Shown: positions 44,750-53,414 of the stretch, one piece after another
Layout: each line of letters begins with the position of its first letter
How positions within the stretch are numbered: position 1 is the stretch's first letter
Assembly: GCA_964353855.1 (NCBI GenBank)
Contig: CAYGWX010000008.1
Span: forward strand, 1,958 to 65,957
Direction: 5' to 3'
Source: an uncultured bacterium
GTDB lineage: Bacteria; Edwardsbacteria; CAYGWX01
DNA length: 64,000 nucleotides
Program-made: the position numbers and the translations under genes
Notes under the pieces: generated by a model
What the model was told of the DNA's origin: nothing
The model's input: the letters and a program-made list of their open reading frames with translations, nothing else
Databases searched by the model: none

Positions 44750-47248
44750 ACGGCGAACATCGCGGCGATAAAAAGCAAGGCGGCGGAGCTCTTCCAGAAG
44801 GGGGATTACGAGAAGGCCATCAAGGAGTACGAGCGGGCCTTAGAGATCGAGCCCACCGACGCCATCATCTACAACAACATCGGAGACAGCTACCTCAAGC
44901 TGGGCAAGTCCGAGGAGGCGATCAAGGCCTACGAGAAGGCCGCGGAGGTCTACTCCAACGACGCCCTGTACAACAACGCGACCGCCGTCTGCAAGAAGAT
45001 CCTGCGCATCACCCGGGAGAACCCCGGGGTGTTCTGGCGCCTCGCCGAGCTCTACGCCCACCAAGGCCTCACCAATGACGCGATCAACAACTGGGTCCAA
45101 TACGCCGAGATGGTCCAGAGGGCCGGGAACCTGGACGGGGTGCTCAACGCCTATCAGAAGATCGTGGAGTTGTCGCCCCGCAATGTGGACATCCGGGGCA
45201 AGCTGGCCGACCTGTATGCCACCCAGGGGAAGACCGAGGACGCCGAGCGGGAGCTAAAAGCGGTCGCCGCCTTCTACCAGGAGCACGGCCGGACCCACGA
45301 GGCCGAGGCCGTGGAGGCCAAGATCCGCAAGCTGACCGGAGCCGAGCCGCCTCCACCCCCTCCTGTTGAAACCCCCAAACCCCAGCCGGCCGAGGTGCCC
45401 CCTACCGCATTCGCTCCTCCCCCGGGGTTCGTTTCCTCCGGCATTTCGTTTGAATCCCTGTTCCCGGAGGTCGCCGCGCCCCCCGAAGCCAAGAGTCCGG
45501 ACGTGACCATCGAAGAGGCTCCCGGGGAACAGGCGAAAGCTGCAGGGACCAAGATCGACGAAGTTTTTGCCGCGAAGTTCGGGGAGGAAAAAAGGGTCAA
45601 ACCCGAGGAAGCCGCCCCGGAGAAGCCTTCGGAGGACTGGGCCGTGAGTGTGGAATTGGGCGAGCTTTTGTTGGACATCGGTTCCACGCAGGAGGCCACG
45701 GAGCAGTTCCACAGGGCCGCCGAGGGCTATTTCAATGCCGGCAACCTGGAGAAGGCGCAGGTCCTTTACCGCCGGATCACCGAGCTTCAGCCTCTGGAGA
45801 TCCGCACCCGCCAGAAGCTGGTTGAGATCGCCCTGAAGAGGGAGAGTCGCGAGGACGGGATCGAAGCCTATCTCGGGCTGGCGGAATGCCTACTCCGCCG
45901 GGAGCGCAAGGAACAAGCGAAGTCGGTTTATCAGAAGGTCCTGGAGCTTGACCCCAAGAACGAGACAGCTTTAGAAAACCTCTCGCTCATCGCTCCCGCG
46001 GCTCCCGTGACAGCTCCAGAGGCTCATGAGGTGAAAGAAAGGGTCGAGGAGCCGGTTCCGCCCAAGGGGGTAACCCCGGTTGTGGTGAGGAAAGAGGCCC
46101 CCAAGGAACACGTTCCGCTTGCCCCAAGCCTCTTGGGTGGAGAGGAGGAACCATCCGGAGAAGAGTACGTTTCCCCGCCTGCGGTCAAGACAGCGGTTGA
46201 AATGCCTGAGGGGCCCGCTCCCCTGGCCCCCAGCCTGCTCTCCGAAGAGGAGAAGCCTCCCGAGGCCGGTGAGCCCATCGAGGCGGAGAAGGTCACCATG
46301 GGTCGGGAGATCGTGGAGGGGGGCCGGAAGTCTCACGTCAAATTCTCGGTGGCCGAAACCGAACCTTCCGCCGCTTCCGAGGAATCCCTTTCCATCGGGG
46401 ACATCATCGAGGAGTTCAAGGAGGGGGTCTTCAAGACCGTCTCCCAGGAGGACTACGCCAGCCACTACGAGCTGGGGATCGCCTATAAGGAGATGGGGCT
46501 TCTCGAGGAGTCGATCATGGAGTTCCAGATCGCGTCCAAGGGCCAGGCCGAGAAACTGAAAGCTCTGGAGATGCTCGGCATCTGTTTCCTGGAGAAAGAA
46601 GAGCCCCAGTTCGCGGTCCGTCAATTCGAGCAGGGATTGGCGGTTCCGGGCCACGATCCTGAGCAGTACCTCGGCATGCATTACCACATGGCCACAGCCT
46701 GCGAACGGCTCGATGACCTCGAGAACGCCGTGAAGCATCTCGACGAGGTCTATCTCGTGGATGCCAAGTTCATGGACACGGCGGCCCGGCTCAAAGCCTT
46801 GAAGGCCAAGCTCAAGAAAGCTCACCCGAAGCCGAAAGCTTCGGTGACCGCGGAAGCCGAGGCCCGTTTGGACGAGATCCTGACCGAGATGCCCGCCCCG
46901 GCAACGGCCCCAATTCAGGAAGCGCAGGTTCCTGTTCCCGAACCCGTGCCTGCGACTGCGGAGACCCTTGAAGCGTCGCCCGTGCCGCCCGAGGAAGTTC
47001 CAGCCGAAGAGTTCCTTTCTTCGGTGCACGAGATGCTGAAGACCGCGGCGGAAGCCCCTCAGCCTGCCCCTGCCGCCGAGGTGTTAGAGGAGATGCCGCC
47101 TGCAGAAATGCCCCAGCCCGAGGCCGAGGTCCCTCCTCCGAGCCCCGAGCCCTCTCCGGAGCCCGAGCCGGAGCCCGCTCCCGAGCCTCCTGCTCCGGAG
47201 AAACCCAAGCCCGAAGCTCCGAAGAAACGCAAGATCTCTTACGTATGA
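44750..47248 (+). CDS. Large TPR protein (SgmX-like architecture) with probable ACG start
   Basis: Frame is open from 44711 through GTG 45029 and encodes TPRs (KGDYEKAIKEYERALEIEP); AAAGGAGGTGA at 44732-44742 lies 7 nt before ACG GCG AAC; C-terminal DYASHYELGIAYKEMGLLEESIMEF TPR block; ends KKRKISYV. Confidence 0.8.
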   Translation, partial: TANIAAIKSKAAELFQKGDYEKAIKEYERALEIEPTDAIIYNNIGDSYLKLGKSEEAIKAYEKAAEVYSNDALYNNATAVCKKILRITRENPGVFWRLAELYAHQGLTNDAINNWVQYAEMVQRAGNLDGVLNAYQKIVELSPRNVDIRGKLADLYATQGKTEDAERELKAVAAFYQEHGRTHEAEAVEAKIRKLTGAEPPPPPPVETPKPQPAEVPPTAFAPPPGFVSSGISFESLFPEVAAPPEAKSPDVTIEEAPGEQAKAAGTKIDEVFAAKFGEEKRVKPEEAAPEKPSEDWAVSVELGELLLDIGSTQEATEQFHRAAEGYFNAGNLEKAQVLYRRITELQPLEIRTRQKLVEIALKRESREDGIEAYLGLAECLLRRERKEQAKSVYQKVLELDPKNETALENLSLIAPAAPVTAPEAHEVKERVEEPVPPKGVTPVVVRKEAPKEHVPLAPSLLGGEEEPSGEEYVSPPAVKTAVEMPEGPAPLAPSLLSEEEKPPEAGEPIEAEKVTMGREIVEGGRKSHVKFSVAETEPSAASEESLSIGDIIEEFKEGVFKTVSQEDYASHYELGIAYKEMGLLEESIMEFQIASKGQAEKLKALEMLGICFLEKEEPQFAVRQFEQGLAVPGHDPEQYLGMHYHMATACERLDDLENAVKHLDEVYLVDAKFMDTAARLKALKAKLKKAHPKPKASVTAEAEARLDEILTEMPAPATAPIQEAQVPVPEPVPATAETLEASPVPPEEVPAEEFLSSVHEMLKTAAEAPQPAPAAEVLEEMPPAEMPQPEAEVPPPSPEPSPEPEPEPAPEPPAPEKPKPEAPKKRKISYV

Positions 47249-47318
47249 AGGGCCTCTTCCGGCCTTTTCGCGAAAGCCTACCCCCGATCATTGTCGGGGG
47301 CCTTTTTGCTGGCCTCGG

Positions 47319-48362
47319 ATGAAGGATAAACTGATTTCGTCGAACGGCTCGGATCCGGCTTCCCGCGAGGCAGAGAACCTTGCCGGGGAGAGGCCCGGAC
47401 GGATCCTGGTCGTGGATGATGACGAGCACGTCCGTAAGTCCCTGGCAGAGTTCCTGAGGCTGGACGGCCACGAGGTGGTCATGGCCTCGGATGGAGAACA
47501 AGCCTTGGACGAGGTGGCCAAAGACCCCCCCGACCTTCTGCTTCTGGACCTGATGATGCCCGGGATGGATGGGCTGGAGGTCTGCCGCAGACTGAAGGCC
47601 ATGGACTCCACCCGCCTCATCCCCATCGTCATGGTCACGGCTTTGCAGGACCGGGGAACCAAGGTGAAGGCCCTGGAGGCCGGGACCGATGATTTCCTCG
47701 GCAAGCCTTTCAACAGGGTCGAGCTCCAGGCCCGGGTCCGCTCCCTGCTGCGGCTCAAGCGCTATACCGATGAGCTGGAGAGCGTGGAGTCCGTGCTCTT
47801 CTCCCTGGCCCGCAGCGTGGAAGCGAAAGACGCCTATACCGGCGATCACTGCGGCCGGCTCTCGGCCTACTCCCTCGCCCTGGGGAGATGGGCCGGCCTC
47901 TCCCGGGAGAAGCTCAAGGCCCTGGAGCGGGGCGCGATCCTGCACGACATCGGAAAGGTGGCGATCGCGGATGCCATTCTGCTCAAGCCCGGCGGGCTCA
48001 CCCCGGAGGAGTTCGAGGCCATGAAACAGCATACCCTGATCGGCGAACGCATCTGCCAGCCCCTCCGCAGCCTCAGGTTCGTGCTCCCGATCATCCGCTC
48101 CCACCACGAACGCCTGGACGGCAGCGGGTATCCCGACGGCCTGTCCCGGGACGCGATCCCGATTACCGCGCGGGTCCTCCAGATCGCGGACATCTATGAC
48201 GCCCTGACTACGAGGCGTCCGTATAAATCAGCCTGCTCCTCGGAAGAGGCCTTCGAGATCCTGCGGTCCGAGGTGAAGAAGGGCTGGCGCGAGGAGCAGC
48301 TCGTGGAGGGACTCTACGAGGTGCTTCGCATGGAGGGGAACCGGGGAGAGATTTTGATATAG
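47319..48362 (+). CDS. Response regulator with HD-GYP c-di-GMP phosphodiesterase domain
   Basis: REC (LLLLDLMMPGMDG); YTGDHCGRL, LHDIGKV, HHERLDGSGYPDGL, ADIYDALTTRRPYK. Confidence 0.93.
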   Translation: MKDKLISSNGSDPASREAENLAGERPGRILVVDDDEHVRKSLAEFLRLDGHEVVMASDGEQALDEVAKDPPDLLLLDLMMPGMDGLEVCRRLKAMDSTRLIPIVMVTALQDRGTKVKALEAGTDDFLGKPFNRVELQARVRSLLRLKRYTDELESVESVLFSLARSVEAKDAYTGDHCGRLSAYSLALGRWAGLSREKLKALERGAILHDIGKVAIADAILLKPGGLTPEEFEAMKQHTLIGERICQPLRSLRFVLPIIRSHHERLDGSGYPDGLSRDAIPITARVLQIADIYDALTTRRPYKSACSSEEAFEILRSEVKKGWREEQLVEGLYEVLRMEGNRGEILI

Positions 48363-48529
48363 CGAGGTTTTTCAGAGATCTACGGGGTCGCAATAAAGGC
48401 AGGATCCTCTGATCCCGCCCTTTTTCTTTTGGCTTTCGCTTTCTGCCTACGGGCTTCTGTTTTAGGTTCTTTCCGGCCCGGAGCGGGACGTGTGCAGGCC
48501 GTTACTTTAACTGCCGCGCCTAGGTAAGG

Positions 48530-48652
48530 CCGACAAAGCTCAGTTACGGCAAAATGCCCTCATAGGGGGAGGGCCGACAAAGCTCCACAACCCGGGAGGT
48601 GTTTCCAACCACTTCACGCGCACATCACGCCCACCTCACGCCCACCTCACGC
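48530..48652 (+). repeat. Dispersed element: CCGACAAAGCTC x2 plus TCACGC x4 at 11-bp period
   Basis: 17-bp CCGACAAAGCTCAGTTA at 48530 is identical to 9138; second GGCCGACAAAGCTC at 48572; TCACGC at 48614, 48625, 48636 and 48647. Confidence 0.8.
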
Positions 48653-48885
48653 CCTCCCCACACCTTGTAACAGGAAAACACGGCTATGGGTGTGTTTTTA
48701 TCTATAAAAAGGTATCAGTTGGCATACCTGCTTTAACAGGCTGGACGTAAGGGCCACGATGACAAGCTGATACAATCCCCCGACCTGTTTTAGCTCAGGA
48801 ATCGTCAGGGGAGGCGCTGTATTACCCCATCGAAAGCCTGAGGAGCCTTATTTCCATCCCGGACTCAGCAATTCACAAAAGGTGC

Positions 48886-48914
48886 TTGACATTCCGTTCC
48901 TAAAATCGTATAAT
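48886..48914 (+). promoter_or_regulatory. Consensus sigma-70 promoter for the 14-repeat propeller gene
   Basis: TTGACA-17 bp-TATAAT. Confidence 0.85.
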
Positions 48915-49043
48915 ATCTCTGTTGGAAAGGAATTCAAGAGCCGGGGAACGAGCCGCTTTATTTGTTTGGCCCATCGCCGGCCATCTTTCCCTTTCCGCAT
49001 ATCGAATGCCAGCCCCAAAGCCCTCATCAAACGGAGGTGACGC

Positions 49044-51140
49044 ATGCGTTTATTAAGATTTTCGCTGGGACTGTTCCTGGGGGTAGCGATCCCCGGCCTG
49101 GCGTCTGCCGGGTGGTACAACCAGACCCCGTTCAGGTCTCCTTACGCGTTTCACTCGGTTCAGTTTCCGGGGAATGTCACCACCGGATACACCGTCGGAT
49201 TCCAGGGCGCCATCCTGAAAACCACGAACGGCGGATCCAACTGGTCTGTCCTGCCCAGCGGAACCCCCCAAAGCCTGAACTGCGCCTCTTTCCCGGTGGA
49301 CGTCCAGACCGGTTACGCCGTCGGGGATTCGGGCGTCTGCATCAAGACCACGGACAGCGGGGGGACCTGGACGATCCACAACACGGGCACCCAAAACATG
49401 CTCTACGGAGTCAGTTTCCCCCCGGGGAACCTCCAGACCGGATATGCCGTGGGACTGAACGGCACCATCGTCAAGACCACGGACGGCGGGGTCAGCTGGG
49501 TGCCCCAGAACTCGGGCACCCCGTATTATCTCCTCTCAGTCCATTTCCCGGTGGATGCGAACACCGGCTACGCCTCCTCGAACAACGGCCTGGTCGTGAA
49601 GACCACCAATGGCGGGGCCAACTGGGCCCTGCTGACCACCAGCACGCCCAACTGGCTGGGAGCGATCTATTTCCCGGGGAACACCCAGACCGGCTATGCC
49701 GCGGGAGGGAACGGCACGATCATCAAGACCACGAACGGGGGAGCGAACTGGGTCACGCAGAACTCCAACGTGGCCAACGCGATCTACGGGGTCTATTTCC
49801 TGGACGTCAACACCGGGTATTTTGTGGGGGCGCTCGGAAACATCTGCAAGACCACGGACGGCGGGACGAACTGGGTCTGGCAGGACTCGGGCACCAACTT
49901 CTTCCTCTGGGGGGTACACTTCCCGCTGGATGCCCAGACCGGTTACGCCGTGGGGGTGAACGGCGCCATCCGCAAGACCACGGACGGCGGGGCCACCTGG
50001 CTCCTGCAAGCCAACCTCAAATTCCGGGACTTTTACTTCGTCCAATTCCCGGTGGATGACCAGACCGGGTATGTCGGAGGGCAGACGGACAGCCTGTACA
50101 AGACCACGGACAGGGGGGCCGATTGGAGGACCCAGGTCGCGGGCCCGGGAGGGGTAAGCCGTTTCCTGGCCTCGGCCTGTTTTCCGGTGGATCCCGTCAC
50201 CGGCTACGCCGTGGGGAGTCAGGGTTCCATCGTGAAGACCACGAACGGCGGCTGGAACTGGACCCAGCTGTCCTCGGGCACCCTTCATCACCTTCGCTCG
50301 GTCCACTTTCCGACGAGCCCCCAGACCGGTTTCACCGTCGGGGACTCCGGCACCATCCTGAGGACCGTGGACGGGGGAGGGAGCTGGCTGGTGCAGAGCG
50401 CGGGAACGAACCAGGCTTTATACTCGGTCCAGTTTCCCTCGGATGCCCAGACCGGCTATGGCGTGGGTGCCGGCGGGACCATCCTCAAGACCACCAACTC
50501 CGGGTCAAACTGGGCCTCCCAATCCAGCGGGACCGGCAACGTCCTTAACTCGGTCTGGTTCCCCCTGGACGCTTTGACCGGCTACGCCACAGGCGAGTTG
50601 GGCACGCTCTTAAAGACCACCAACGGCGGCGCCAACTGGGCTCCCCTGAGCTCGGGCACGACCCATGCCCTTCGCTCGGTGAATTTCCCCTCGGATGCCC
50701 AGACCGGGTACGTGGTGGGGGCTATGGGCACCATCCTCAAGACGACGGACGGGGGGACGACCTGGGGCCGCCAGGCCTCGGGCCTCCTCAACACCCTCAA
50801 TGCTGTCCTGTTTCCGGTGAACGCCCAGACCGGGTTCGCGGTGGGGGATTCAGGAACCCTCCTGAGGACTTCGGATGGCGGCGGGGTAGGGGTGGAGGAA
50901 GAAAGCGGCCAGGGCCTGCGGGTCCTGAACCAAACCCTCGTAACCGTCCCCAATCCATTCGTAGCCTACGCCACGGTCCCGGGACATGAGTCCGAACGTT
51001 TCGTCCTCTACGACATCTCCGGACGCCGGGTCGGAACCTACAAAGGCGTCCGCATCGGAGAGGGTCTCACTGCCGGTGTGTACTTCCTGAGACTCGAGGG
51101 CAAATCCTCCCGCCCGGTGAGGATCGTCAAGGTGAGATAA
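49044..51140 (+). CDS. Secreted YCF48/BNR-like 14-repeat (double propeller) protein with short T9SS-like tail
   Basis: GGAGGTGA RBS, signal peptide, 14 x ~42-44-aa ..FP.D.QTGY.VG..G.I.KTT.GG..W repeats; tail PNPF..YATVPGHESERF.LYDISGR..GVYFL..RIVKVR. Confidence 0.9.
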   Translation: MRLLRFSLGLFLGVAIPGLASAGWYNQTPFRSPYAFHSVQFPGNVTTGYTVGFQGAILKTTNGGSNWSVLPSGTPQSLNCASFPVDVQTGYAVGDSGVCIKTTDSGGTWTIHNTGTQNMLYGVSFPPGNLQTGYAVGLNGTIVKTTDGGVSWVPQNSGTPYYLLSVHFPVDANTGYASSNNGLVVKTTNGGANWALLTTSTPNWLGAIYFPGNTQTGYAAGGNGTIIKTTNGGANWVTQNSNVANAIYGVYFLDVNTGYFVGALGNICKTTDGGTNWVWQDSGTNFFLWGVHFPLDAQTGYAVGVNGAIRKTTDGGATWLLQANLKFRDFYFVQFPVDDQTGYVGGQTDSLYKTTDRGADWRTQVAGPGGVSRFLASACFPVDPVTGYAVGSQGSIVKTTNGGWNWTQLSSGTLHHLRSVHFPTSPQTGFTVGDSGTILRTVDGGGSWLVQSAGTNQALYSVQFPSDAQTGYGVGAGGTILKTTNSGSNWASQSSGTGNVLNSVWFPLDALTGYATGELGTLLKTTNGGANWAPLSSGTTHALRSVNFPSDAQTGYVVGAMGTILKTTDGGTTWGRQASGLLNTLNAVLFPVNAQTGFAVGDSGTLLRTSDGGGVGVEEESGQGLRVLNQTLVTVPNPFVAYATVPGHESERFVLYDISGRRVGTYKGVRIGEGLTAGVYFLRLEGKSSRPVRIVKVR

Positions 51141-51167
51141 GGCTGGAAAGACGTTCCGGTTGCGGTC

Positions 51168-51202
51168 AAAGGGGCGGGATCTTAAGAGGATCCCGCCCCT
51201 TT
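51168..51202 (+). terminator. Intrinsic terminator hairpin
   Basis: AAAGGGGCGGGATC / GATCCCGCCCCTTT. Confidence 0.7.
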
Positions 51203-51226
51203 GACATCGTTTTGCTGACGGAAGGC

Positions 51227-51255
51227 TTGAAAAACCCGAATTATTTATGTATAAT
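51227..51255 (+). promoter_or_regulatory. Sigma-70-like promoter of the porin-cytochrome operon (probably leaderless)
   Basis: TTGAAA-17 bp-TATAAT; ATG at 51262. Confidence 0.65.
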
Positions 51256-51261
51256 TGCCCC

Positions 51262-52497
51262 ATGCGCAGGATGAAAGGATTCTGGCCGCTCGCTGGGCTC
51301 TTAGCCTTCTCCCTTTTACTGGCAGGAATCGCCGGGGCCGGACAAATATCCGGCCAGGCGGGATTAGCCCTCTACGATTATCAATCCCAGGTTCCTGATA
51401 CCATAGGCTCCTCCCAACCGACCGCATCCAATCATCTTATTTCCAGCCAAGTCCTCAACCTGGACATCCGTGATATCGGGACGTACGGGCTCACCTTCCA
51501 TGCGTTCCTGCGGAATACGAACCGTCTGGCCCCCTCGGATTCCACGGGCAGTTTTTTCCGGCTCTACGGCGCCTACCTGGACTACCGCCGGGCCGGCGCT
51601 CCTTTTCATCTCCGGGCCGGGAGGCAGTACGCCGTGGTCGGGATCGCCAGCGGAACGATGGACGGGCTTAAGGCCCGTTACGACCTTAACCGGCGTGTTT
51701 CGCTGACCGGGTTCGCCGGCCTGGAATCCCCCTCCGATTCCCTGAGGGCCTCCTCCTGGAAGGACGGGGGCATGGCGGGAGCAGAGGTCTCCCTGAGGTT
51801 GCCCCGGGAGAGTTATCTCTCCCTTTCCGGATGGCAGTTGAACCGGTATGGCGCGCTGGCCAAGCGAAGGGTGGGGGGAGATTGGGTCACCGGGATGGTT
51901 CCGGGGACCGACCTTTCGGGCCACTTAGAGGGGGACCTGATCAAAAACCGCCTTCATCGCGCGGTTTGGCGGGCGGAGTACCATTCCTGGCAGAGGTTTT
52001 CGCTCTTCGCACGATATGAGTATCGCAAGCCGGTCTTCGGCGAGGGCTCGATCTTCAATACGTTCCAAATCTCGTCCAACCAGGAGGCCGGGGCCGGGCT
52101 GAGCCTCAAGGCGTGGAGGGGCCTGTCTTTGTCCGGGGAAGCCGCCAGGGAGTTCTTCGACAGCGACCGCGCCAACCGCTTATCCCTCACCGCCCAGTCC
52201 GGGCGAGGTTCGATCGCCTATATCCGCCGAACCGGTTGGAGCAGGCGCTCCTGGGACCTCGCCCTGAATGGAGACCGCCCCCTGAGCGACCGGGTGGATG
52301 TCGGGGCGACGTTCAATTACACGAAGTACGAAGACCGGGCCGATCCCGCGATCCTGGATTACACCTTCACCGGGATCGCCCGACTGGGTTTCAGGATCTC
52401 GAAAGGACTCCTGATCACCACGGATGTCGAGAACCTGGTGAACCCGAATTACCTCCAGAACACCCGGTTCCTGGTCCGGGCGTTGTACGATTTTTAG
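51262..52497 (+). CDS. Outer-membrane beta-barrel, putative cytochrome-associated porin
   Basis: Signal peptide, alternating beta-strand pattern, HLRAGRQY, C-terminal FLVRALYDF (terminal Phe); directly upstream of two multiheme genes. Confidence 0.8.
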   Translation: MRRMKGFWPLAGLLAFSLLLAGIAGAGQISGQAGLALYDYQSQVPDTIGSSQPTASNHLISSQVLNLDIRDIGTYGLTFHAFLRNTNRLAPSDSTGSFFRLYGAYLDYRRAGAPFHLRAGRQYAVVGIASGTMDGLKARYDLNRRVSLTGFAGLESPSDSLRASSWKDGGMAGAEVSLRLPRESYLSLSGWQLNRYGALAKRRVGGDWVTGMVPGTDLSGHLEGDLIKNRLHRAVWRAEYHSWQRFSLFARYEYRKPVFGEGSIFNTFQISSNQEAGAGLSLKAWRGLSLSGEAAREFFDSDRANRLSLTAQSGRGSIAYIRRTGWSRRSWDLALNGDRPLSDRVDVGATFNYTKYEDRADPAILDYTFTGIARLGFRISKGLLITTDVENLVNPNYLQNTRFLVRALYDF

Positions 52498-52504
52498 CGT
52501 CTTT

Positions 52505-53395
52505 ATGGATTCCTTTTCACGAAGGCAGTTGTGTTTGCTTTTGATTTTGCTCCCGGGACTCGCCCTCTCAGGTTGGGCCGGGCATCGGGTACCGCGCAAT
52601 TCCCATAAGCTTCACGCCGACCAGGGAATGGACTGCACGGCCTGCCATCCCAACATCGAAGAGAGCACCCTGGCCTCGGACGATAACTCCCCCAGGATGA
52701 AGACCGAGTGCCAACCCTGCCACGCGGACTGGATGGACAAAAAAGAATGCGACCGCTGCCACTATAAACCCGTGGATTCCACGACCCAGGCGCCCTACGA
52801 GAACGAGATCCCGAACTACCACCTGAGCCACAAGGTGCATTTCGCCGAGCAGAAGATGGCCTGTAAGGACTGCCACCCGAACGGGGAAACCGTGGATTAC
52901 GGCGTGCTTGTCACCACCTCCAAGAAGGCCTCCTGCCTGACCTGCCATGATGACCGGAAATCGTCTTCGGCCTGCGCTTACTGCCATCCCGTCATCCCCT
53001 GGCCCCAGACGCATAATGCCTCCTGGCGTAAGACCCACGGAATCCGGGCAAGGGCGAACCCGGCTGATTGTCAGACCTGCCATCCCAGGGAGGACTCCTG
53101 CCTGGTCTGCCACCGGTCCGGGAACGAGCGACCGGCCAGCCACGACCGCAACTACGTCTATAGCCACTGGCAGAGCGCGCGGGGCAAGGAGAACAATTGC
53201 GCCACCTGTCACGATACCCGGACGTTCTGCCAGCCCTGTCACATTACGACGGCGAGCATCCAGCCCCGCTCCCACGTGTCCTTCGACTGGGTCCCGAGCG
53301 GGCACGTCCGCCAAGCCCGGATGGACCTGGAGCGATGCGCATCCTGCCACGACACCCGAAGCCCGGATTGTCTGAGATGTCACAAGAACCGATAG
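52505..53395 (+). CDS. Periplasmic dodecaheme c-type cytochrome
   Basis: Signal peptide; 12 CxxCH counted; two c3/c7-like triheme units (H..H...CxxCH) plus three diheme repeats. Confidence 0.92.
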   Translation: MDSFSRRQLCLLLILLPGLALSGWAGHRVPRNSHKLHADQGMDCTACHPNIEESTLASDDNSPRMKTECQPCHADWMDKKECDRCHYKPVDSTTQAPYENEIPNYHLSHKVHFAEQKMACKDCHPNGETVDYGVLVTTSKKASCLTCHDDRKSSSACAYCHPVIPWPQTHNASWRKTHGIRARANPADCQTCHPREDSCLVCHRSGNERPASHDRNYVYSHWQSARGKENNCATCHDTRTFCQPCHITTASIQPRSHVSFDWVPSGHVRQARMDLERCASCHDTRSPDCLRCHKNR

Positions 53396-53414
53396 CCGGC
53401 AGGAGGGCAGGGCC

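Noticed and set aside
48962-50059. 365-aa alternative-frame ORF with apparent repeats
   Set aside because: Off-frame translation of the repeat-rich propeller gene, which has the RBS, signal peptide and promoter
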